Positions 1 through 6,767 of a stretch of 20,517 bases of DNA are shown here, in pieces. Numbering within the stretch: position 1 is the first letter of the stretch; the number at the start of each line of letters is the position of its first letter. The position numbers were made by a program, and so were the translations under genes. Where the stretch lies: positions 50,262-70,778 of the forward strand of contig JBBDTI010000079.1 of the NCBI GenBank assembly GCA_040904565.1, in the 5' to 3' direction. Under the pieces are notes generated by a model. The model made no database searches, had not been told where the DNA came from, and saw only the letters and a program-made list of their open reading frames with translations. This DNA comes from Rhodothermales bacterium (GTDB lineage Bacteria > Bacteroidota > Rhodothermia > Rhodothermales > VXPQ01).

Positions 1-200
1 CGGACGCCGTCTTCCAATACGTTAAATTACCTTATGCGGGCGGGTCGTGCAGAACGTGTGACCAGCACGAGCCCGTAAGCCCAAAGCGCATCTGCGCGTA
101 CGTGGAACGCCTACGACGGGGGCAGGGTCGAATGGACCGATACCGGCGCCAGGGTTTACGAATAGGACCGAATGCAATTCAAGTTTGACGATACGACGCG

Positions 201-1121
201 ATGCGAGGAAAAGTAGGTATCATCGGAATGGGCTGGGTTGGATCGAGTGTAGCCATCTCGAGCCTTCACGCCGGCGTGGCCGGCGAATTACTTCTGAATG
301 ACATCCGCGGCGAGATCGCCGAAGGAGACGCGATGGATCTTGCCCACGGGGCCATGTTCTATCCGTCCGCGCGCGTACGTACGGCGGGGGTCGAAGAGAT
401 GGTCGATTGTGACGCCGTGGTCATTTCGGCGGGCCGGGGCGGCGGGCCGGAGGAGTCGCGGTTGGATTTACTGCGAGACAACGCGCGTCTCGTTCGTGAG
501 GTAGGGCGGAAGCTCTCCGGATGTAGCGGCGTCATCATCATGGTGACGAATCCCGTAGACGTATTGACGAAAGTGCTCACCGACGCATCCGGCCTGCCGC
601 CGTCGCGGGTGATCGGCACCGGCACGATGCTGGATACGGCGCGCCTTCGCCAGGTGCTGAGCGAGCGCATCAACGTCAATCCACGTTCGATCCACGCACA
701 GGTCGTCGGTGAGCACGGCGATTCGGAGGTCGTTCTCTGGTCGTCGGCCAGCGTAGGCGGCACGCCGCTGCGAGCGTGGGAGAAATGGGATGAAGCGATT
801 GAGGACGAGGTTGCCGAGACGGTGCGTAAGGCGGCTTATGAGATCATTCATCGCAAGGGTGCGACGAACCACGCGATCGGACTCGTGACGGCGGATTTAC
901 TCAAGAGCATCACGCGATCCGAGCGCCGCCTGTTGACCGTAACGCGCGTCCAGGAAGAGGTCCTCGAGCTGGACGACGTCGCGCTTTCGCTCCCGGCCGT
1001 GGTGTCCGATCGCGGCGCTACCCACGTGGTTCGTCCTGAGATGGACGAGGCGGAGCACGCGGCGCTGATGCGCTCCGTCGACGTGCTCCGATCCGCGGCG
1101 GCGTCGATCGACGGGGGATGA
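201..1121 (+). CDS. ldh: L-lactate dehydrogenase / L-2-hydroxyacid dehydrogenase (LDH/MDH family)
   Basis: Rossmann GMGWVG with a downstream Asp (LNDI), SRLDLL, VTNPVD, IGTGTMLDTARLR, catalytic GEHGD and KGATNHAIG. The specificity residue (LDH Gln102) is Gly. Confidence 0.88.
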   Translation: MRGKVGIIGMGWVGSSVAISSLHAGVAGELLLNDIRGEIAEGDAMDLAHGAMFYPSARVRTAGVEEMVDCDAVVISAGRGGGPEESRLDLLRDNARLVREVGRKLSGCSGVIIMVTNPVDVLTKVLTDASGLPPSRVIGTGTMLDTARLRQVLSERINVNPRSIHAQVVGEHGDSEVVLWSSASVGGTPLRAWEKWDEAIEDEVAETVRKAAYEIIHRKGATNHAIGLVTADLLKSITRSERRLLTVTRVQEEVLELDDVALSLPAVVSDRGATHVVRPEMDEAEHAALMRSVDVLRSAAASIDGG

Positions 1122-1172
1122 TCGAGGAGGCTGACCCGCGAGCACCGACCGGTCCGGATCGACCGGGCACCG

Positions 1173-1657
1173 TCAGTAGGCGGCGTGGAGGACGTTGAAT
1201 TCAGCCGCGTCCTCATCACGGAACCGATCCGTTCCATACCACCATCCGCCGCGGATCCTGGACGGGATGGTGTATCCGCCAAAGGTACGTTCTTCCTCCA
1301 CTTCGAATCCGTAGGGATGAGCTGCCACTGCGATACACCGACGTTGCCGTAGCGCATCATGTCAACACGCTTCAACGATCCGGTGTTATCGACGGTGAGG
1401 ATGATAGGGACGTCCTCACGATCCGTCGACACCGTTACGGTAGCCCTGTATTCGTCGATCTCCGACCAGCGTACGCGGGAGGACGGCATGAGAATCGACG
1501 GTACCCAGACGGATTCGGCTACCGATCGGTGTCGGGACGAGCGAGCGACGTCCGGACCTCTTTCGATACGAATCGGCAGGAGGCCGAATATCCTCACCCG
1601 CACGCCTCCCCTCCCCTGTAGATAGGTATCCGTGACGCGAACGGCTACGGGTCCCAT
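1173..1657 (-). pseudogene. DUF6544-like protein, frameshifted and apparently 5'-truncated
   Basis: Minus-strand frame MGPVAVRVTDTYLQGRG...AESVWVPSILMP...MRYGNVGVSQWQLI continues, after a 1-base shift at the GGG at 1314-1316, as PYGFEVEEERTFGGYTIPSRIRGGWWYGTDRF...HAAY*, with the stop at 1173-1175. There is an in-frame TGA five codons upstream of the ATG. Confidence 0.7.
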
Positions 1658-1828
1658 CTGTTCTCGACCTGATCAGGCCACGCACGCAGTCAGCATATAC
1701 CGAACGCGCCGCCCGAACAACAGATCTGCCCGGAAGATCCGGTGGGGAGACGCCCGACGGACGGACCGGGAATAGCCTCGACTCACCGGGAAGGATGCGT
1801 CCAGTGGACGAGGCCGGGACCAGCCGAT

Positions 1829-1844
1829 TCAGGGAATCCCCCAC
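1829..1844. promoter_or_regulatory. Putative operator TCAGGG-AATC-CCCCAC upstream of the CBS-usp-usp operon
   Basis: Imperfect 16-bp palindrome. Similar copies lie at 1742-1757, 1852-1867, 5537-5552 and 9524-9539. Confidence 0.5.
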
Positions 1845-1974
1845 GCTCGTTGTAGGAAATCCGCTTCGGAATGAATGCACGGCTCCACGTATGTTTATTT
1901 GTATCAGAAACCCCGCCCGCGACCGGAAGTCCAGGCGGGCCATTGGTGTTCGGGCATTAGCAACGGTGATCCGC

Positions 1975-2478
1975 ATGACGACGATAGCTGCCAATCTTAC
2001 CGCAAACGATATCATGACGACGGAGGTCGTTCCGGCCAAAGCGGACTGGCCGCTGGACCGATTGGCGGAATTTCTCATCGAAAACGATTTTTCCGGAGCT
2101 CCCGTCGTGGATGACGACGGAGCGCTGGTGGGCGTCGTCTCGCTCGTCGATCTCGTGCGGCACGACAGCCTTCCGGAGACCGTCCCCTGGACTCGCACGC
2201 TGGCGGATTACTTCCGGCACGACGAATACAAGTTCAATCTGGAAAACCAGTATGCCGACGAAGAACTGGCTATGCTTCGCGTCGATGGTGACACGACCGT
2301 CACGGTTGCCGACATCATGAATCGGGATATTTATTCCGTCGATCCCGAGACGCCCATCCAGGTCGTTGCAGACATGATGGCCGGCGGGCAGATCCACCGC
2401 GTGCTCGTTACTTGTGCCGGTGAAGTAGTAGGCGTCGTAACTACTCTGGACCTCCTCCAGATACTTCGAGAATCCTGA
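1975..2478 (+). CDS. CBS domain pair (Bateman module) protein
   Basis: TANDIMT...FSGAPVVDDDGALVGVVSLVDL and TVADIMN...IHRVLVT...VVGVVTTLDLL. Start moved from 1795 to ATG 1975, which has GGTGA at 1965-1969; the upstream 60 codons are not protein-like. Confidence 0.9.
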   Translation: MTTIAANLTANDIMTTEVVPAKADWPLDRLAEFLIENDFSGAPVVDDDGALVGVVSLVDLVRHDSLPETVPWTRTLADYFRHDEYKFNLENQYADEELAMLRVDGDTTVTVADIMNRDIYSVDPETPIQVVADMMAGGQIHRVLVTCAGEVVGVVTTLDLLQILRES

Positions 2479-2501
2479 GGTTTCGCGACCTTACATAGAC
2501 G

Positions 2502-3539
2502 ATGGCTACCGACGTGACGGATCAGGGGACCGAGATGAAGACTCCACGACGCATCTTCCATCCGACGGATTTTTCGCCGAGCGCTGACGCCGCTCTGCAT
2601 GTTGCGATCGACGCCGCTCTGCGTTTCGATGCCCCGCTTCTGGTCGGGCACGTGGTGTACGGTGGACGTTCCTATTGGGAGGTCGACCAGCCGAACGATC
2701 GTGCCGGCGTGGAGAAACGGTTGCGGGAGCATGTGGCCGAAGCGATTGGGGCGCACGGGGAGGCCACCCTCGAGCGGCTGGACGTTACCTATCACGTCAT
2801 CGAGCACGAGACCGCGCCGGCCGGCGTGCTTCATTTTGCACATGAATCCGGCATCGACCTGATTGTACTCGGCACGCACGGAAGGCGTGGCCTTCGAAAG
2901 CTGATCCTCGGGAGCGTCTCGCTTCACGTATTGCACGCGTCCAGGATCGACGTCCTGCTGGTACCGGCGACCGTCGAAGAACGGCGCGAAGGGCATCTTC
3001 TGGTACCGATCGATTTTCACGAGCGGACGCATGCCGTCGTCATGAAGGCCGGCGAACTCGCCGACGCTTACGGGTTGCCCGTTACGCTTCTTCACGTGTT
3101 GGATGCACCGGACTCTTCCCCCCTTCGAACCGGAGAGGTGCTCTCAGCCGAAGTTGCCGACCTCGATTCCGTTGCCCGCGAGCGTCTCGAAGAATTCGCC
3201 GGCGTGCTGGCCGATCATTCCGAGGTGAGCGCCCACCTGGTAACCGGCCGTCCCCAGAATGAGATAATCCGCTGGCTTAACCGTGACGACGTGCGCATGA
3301 CGGTCCTTGCGTCGGCGGGGATGACTCCGACCGAGCGTCTCAGATGGTATCCATCGGATCGCGATCTGGGCGAAGAGATCAGGTGGGCGGTGGGTCGCGT
3401 CACGGAACGCGTCGCCGTACGTTCCCCGGTGCCGGTATGGATCGTCAAGCGGTTCGAAGAGGAGCACGCGGTCTTCGACGTGCCCGACGGGATGGACGAA
3501 GCTGCAGCGTATTCATCGAGACGACAGGTACAGGGATGA
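2502..3539 (+). CDS. Universal stress protein, tandem USP domains
   Basis: RIFHPTDFS, DLIVLGTHGRRGLRKLILGSVS; second domain HLLVPIDF...GRVTERVAVRSPVPVWIV. An alternative start is ATG 2535, after AGGGG. Confidence 0.92.
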   Translation: MATDVTDQGTEMKTPRRIFHPTDFSPSADAALHVAIDAALRFDAPLLVGHVVYGGRSYWEVDQPNDRAGVEKRLREHVAEAIGAHGEATLERLDVTYHVIEHETAPAGVLHFAHESGIDLIVLGTHGRRGLRKLILGSVSLHVLHASRIDVLLVPATVEERREGHLLVPIDFHERTHAVVMKAGELADAYGLPVTLLHVLDAPDSSPLRTGEVLSAEVADLDSVARERLEEFAGVLADHSEVSAHLVTGRPQNEIIRWLNRDDVRMTVLASAGMTPTERLRWYPSDRDLGEEIRWAVGRVTERVAVRSPVPVWIVKRFEEEHAVFDVPDGMDEAAAYSSRRQVQG

Positions 3540-4495
3540 GCGACCAACAAGCCGCAACGCATGGCAAGCGTGAGAAACATTCGCTCAACGTACGGCGCAT
3601 CGTAGTGCCCACGGATCTTTCGCCCATTGCCGACGAAGCCCTTGCGCGTGCCCTTGAGATCGCGCGGCCGACGGGCGCGAGCATCGAGGTGTTGACGGTG
3701 TTGGGTCAGGTGGATGGGGACTCGTTCAATCCGATACGCTATTCCCCCGAGGCATCGGCACGTAAGGAATCGAGCACGAATCTCTTAAGGGAGTCCCTCC
3801 ACGCGCTGGTAGCGCGGCACGACACCGAAGGTGTGCAGGTCTCGGTGTCTGTACGTAAGGGACGGCCCCTGCACACCGTTCTCACCTTTGCTCGGCGCGA
3901 GCGGGCCGATCTGCTCGTCGTGGGCACGCACGATCGCGGCGTACTCCATCACTTCCTCGTCGGCAGCATGGCGGAGGAACTGGTTCGCCGTGCCCCGTGC
4001 TCCGTGCTCGTCGTGCACGAACGGGATGAGCGGCCGGCGGCCGGCGTTCGCAGCGTGCTCGTTCCGGTGGATCTGTCGGAGGCTACCGGGCATCTCCTGC
4101 GATACGCGGCGACCGTGACGATGATGCTCGATGCAAGAATGAACGTCGTCCACGTAGTCGAGCCGATCCCCGTGCTGGACACCTTCTCCGGAGCCATGAC
4201 GCTTCGGGACATGGTACCGGACATGAAGAAGCACAGCGCCGCAGAGCTTCAGAAGATGCTCGACCGGATCGATCTGAGCTTCTTTACCGACGGTGGCGAC
4301 TACGGCGTGTTCGTCGACGAAGGCCACGCCGCGTCGTCCATCGTGGATCGATCGAAGCGTGAGGAAGCGGACCTCATCATCATTGGAAAGCGAGGACGCT
4401 CGGCCATCGAGCGGTTCTTTATCGGGAGCGTCACCGAGCGCGTCGTGCGTCACGCACCATGCCCCGTACTGGTCGTAGAAACGACGGCCCCCTAA
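3536..4495 (+). CDS. Universal stress protein, tandem USP domains
   Basis: RIVVPTDLS, VGSMAEELVRRAPCSVLVV, DLIIIGKRGRSAIERFFIGSVTERVVRHAPCPVLVV. Start placed at ATG 3536, an ATGA overlap with the upstream stop, rather than 3344. Confidence 0.93.
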   Translation: MSDQQAATHGKREKHSLNVRRIVVPTDLSPIADEALARALEIARPTGASIEVLTVLGQVDGDSFNPIRYSPEASARKESSTNLLRESLHALVARHDTEGVQVSVSVRKGRPLHTVLTFARRERADLLVVGTHDRGVLHHFLVGSMAEELVRRAPCSVLVVHERDERPAAGVRSVLVPVDLSEATGHLLRYAATVTMMLDARMNVVHVVEPIPVLDTFSGAMTLRDMVPDMKKHSAAELQKMLDRIDLSFFTDGGDYGVFVDEGHAASSIVDRSKREEADLIIIGKRGRSAIERFFIGSVTERVVRHAPCPVLVVETTAP

Positions 4496-4523
4496 GTACA
4501 TCGTATTTATGAATCGATGTACT
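4495..4523. terminator. Hairpin between convergent usp genes, possible bidirectional terminator
   Basis: AGTACATCG (4495-4503) and CGATGTACT (4515-4523) form a perfect 9-bp stem that spans the whole gap. No clear U tract. Confidence 0.5.
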
Positions 4524-5451
4524 AAGTAACCGGCTGCCTGGTCTTACGGTTGGCAGAACGCTGGGACCTGTCCTCACGCTGTCCGCACGTGTTGATGAGA
4601 ATGACCGGGCATGGAGATCGTCCGACCAGCTCTTCGACGGCCTGCTCCGACGGCGAGTCCATCGACGCGAGTCCGGGAGCCTGTACGATCAATAAATCGG
4701 CTTCGTGCTCGTTGACGAATGCCAGCGTATCGTCGACCGCGTTGCCTCGGACCGGGTGCAGATGAATGTTTTCTTCATCGAGCTTCATCTCGTGGCGGCG
4801 TCGATGTCGCTCGATGATCTGCCGGAGATTTCGCTCGGTGTCGTCCCAGTCAAGCGCCGGACCGTCCGGGTCCAGACCCTCGACCTGAGCCAGCACGTCC
4901 AGCCGCGATCCAAACAGGTTGGCCACGTAGGCGGCGGCTCCGAGCACTGGTTCGATCAGATGAGCATAGGATACGAACGTTACGATCCGCTCGATGTCGC
5001 TATCGATGGCTTCCGGCCGCACGAGAGGCGGGACGATGAGAACCGGGCAGGTCGATCGGCGGATGACATCCGTCGCCACGCTGCCAAGCATGTAATCGCT
5101 CGCCTCCCCTTCCCCATGGGCGCCCAGCACGATGAAATTCATGCCCGTTTTATGGGCTTCCTGTATAATTACGGGGCCGGGAAGCGGTCCGTGACCGATG
5201 ATGAATCGAACATCTGTCGATAACCCGCCCGTGAGGGCTCGGAGTTCTTCGACGCGCTCAGCCAGCGAAGCGTCGCTCGCGGCGATCGTCTCATCAAATT
5301 CCTCGATACGATACGCTCCGACGCCGGGAACGACGTGAAGCACATCCAGGGGCACCTTGAACAGACGCGCAAGGAGAAGGGAGAACCCCATCGCATTTTT
5401 TGCGGATGGGGAAAAGTCCGTAGCGTGTAAAACGCGCTGAATCTGCAACAT
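4522..5451 (-). CDS. Universal stress protein, tandem domains with the second degenerate
   Basis: RVLHATDFS, IVLGAHGEGEASDYMLGSVATDVIRRSTCPVLIV; C-terminal ADLLIV...RSPCPVILI. Confidence 0.92.
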   Translation of the reverse strand: MLQIQRVLHATDFSPSAKNAMGFSLLLARLFKVPLDVLHVVPGVGAYRIEEFDETIAASDASLAERVEELRALTGGLSTDVRFIIGHGPLPGPVIIQEAHKTGMNFIVLGAHGEGEASDYMLGSVATDVIRRSTCPVLIVPPLVRPEAIDSDIERIVTFVSYAHLIEPVLGAAAYVANLFGSRLDVLAQVEGLDPDGPALDWDDTERNLRQIIERHRRRHEMKLDEENIHLHPVRGNAVDDTLAFVNEHEADLLIVQAPGLASMDSPSEQAVEELVGRSPCPVILINTCGQREDRSQRSANRKTRQPVT

Positions 5452-5889
5452 GATGGTCCCCGCTGATCTGGGTTACGCTAAAGAAAGTTTACGGCCACGA
5501 TTACCGAGATCGTGACGGCGTGTGCCTATGGAGGGTGGGGGAGCAACCCTGATTCGCGTGTAAGGAGAATTCGTAGCGTGCGTTGTGTTCGTAGACTGTA
5601 TTAGAGGTCGTGTTCAAAGGTCGTGCTCGACGGTGTACTCGAAATCCAGTCAATCGCAGCACCGAGGGTGCGGGAAAAACCGTACGTGCGGTTCGGTACG
5701 AACCTGCACATCCACCCTACGGGATCCCGTACAGGCGGCAGGCCGCCTATCCAATAGATTAACAAGAAATGGATGGGATACTGGTGCACCGCAACCCGGG
5801 TATCTTTACACTTGTTAGCGTGCCGGATGTTGCGCAGAAAAAAGCGTGCGACACTAGAGTATGTTGAGAAATAATCTGGAGGTCAGACG

Positions 5890-6747
5890 GTGATTAAGAG
5901 AATTCTCGTTGCGCTCGATCCGGTAAAGGATACACGGATTGCGACCCGGTATGCTAAGGAGCTTGCGCAGCGCTACGATGGGGAAGTATCCGGCCTGGCC
6001 GTCGTCGATACGCGCGGCATTTCAAAGGAAGTGGGGCCGGGCGGTGCCGTGGGCGCTATGTATTACGCCGAAAAGTTGCGTGAACAGATTACGACCGAGA
6101 GCCGGGAGGCAGCCCTGAAGCTGCTCGAAACGTTCCAGTCGGATCTGGACGCCGACGGCGTCTCGCATGCCGAGCAGGTTCGCGAAGGAGTGCCGGCCCG
6201 GCGCATCGTGGAGGATACGAAGTATCACGACGTGCTCGTCGTTGGACGCGACCCGCATTTCTACTATCCGAATCCGGACAAGAAGACCCACACGCTCGCC
6301 CAGATTGTGAAGGACGGCATCGCGCCTACATTGATCGTGCCGGATACGTATCGACAAGTCGCCAAGGCCGTCGTCGCCTACGACGGAAGCGCTGCGTCGG
6401 CGCGGACGCTGCAGCGGTACGCGCAGCTGAAGCCTTTTGGCCGCGAGACGGATCTCGAGGTCGTGCACGTCCGCGGCCGTTCGGGTGAAGACGCCCAGCG
6501 CGAGTCCGACCTGCTGCTCATGCTGGCGACGTCGTACCTGAAAGCGCACGAATTCGAGCGGGTCCACGCCTCGAGCCTGCAGTCGGACGCACCGGGCGAT
6601 GGGATTCTTTCTCACGCGCAGTCGGTGGGTGCCGACCTGATCGTGGCCGGCGCCCATTCCGTTTCGGCCATCAAGCGAATCGCGTTCGGGTCGACGACGC
6701 GGCATCTACTGGACCAGTGCGAGTTGCCGTTCTTCATCTATCATTAG
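5890..6747 (+). CDS. Universal stress protein, tandem domains
   Basis: KRILVALD, VVAYDGSAASART, ADLIVAGAHS...FGSTTRHLL. GTG start with GGAGGT at 5878-5883. Confidence 0.92.
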   Translation: MIKRILVALDPVKDTRIATRYAKELAQRYDGEVSGLAVVDTRGISKEVGPGGAVGAMYYAEKLREQITTESREAALKLLETFQSDLDADGVSHAEQVREGVPARRIVEDTKYHDVLVVGRDPHFYYPNPDKKTHTLAQIVKDGIAPTLIVPDTYRQVAKAVVAYDGSAASARTLQRYAQLKPFGRETDLEVVHVRGRSGEDAQRESDLLLMLATSYLKAHEFERVHASSLQSDAPGDGILSHAQSVGADLIVAGAHSVSAIKRIAFGSTTRHLLDQCELPFFIYH

Positions 6748-6767
6748 GCGCAGTATCGTCATAGGCG

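Noticed and set aside
3-189. Open + frame at the window start (DAVFQYVKLPY...NAIQV*)
   Set aside because: No recognisable motif and atypical codons; more likely the ldh promoter region.
1149-1166. CCGGTC-N6-GACCGG hairpin between ldh and the DUF6544-like gene
   Set aside because: Only a 6-bp stem in GC-rich DNA with no U tract; too weak to call a terminator.
848-1172. C-terminal part of the 848-1657 ORF overlapping ldh
   Set aside because: Read-through caused by the frameshift at 1314-1316; the homologous frame stops at 1173.
1795-1974. N-terminal extension of the CBS ORF; likewise 3344-3535, 10329-10406 and 19279-19551
   Set aside because: These overlap promoters or neighbouring genes and are not domain-like; better starts exist downstream.
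5585-5818. Short ORFs in the divergent usp region (5585-5818 + and 5601-5789 -)
   Set aside because: No ribosome-binding site, Cys/Ser/Arg-rich composition and atypical codon use.
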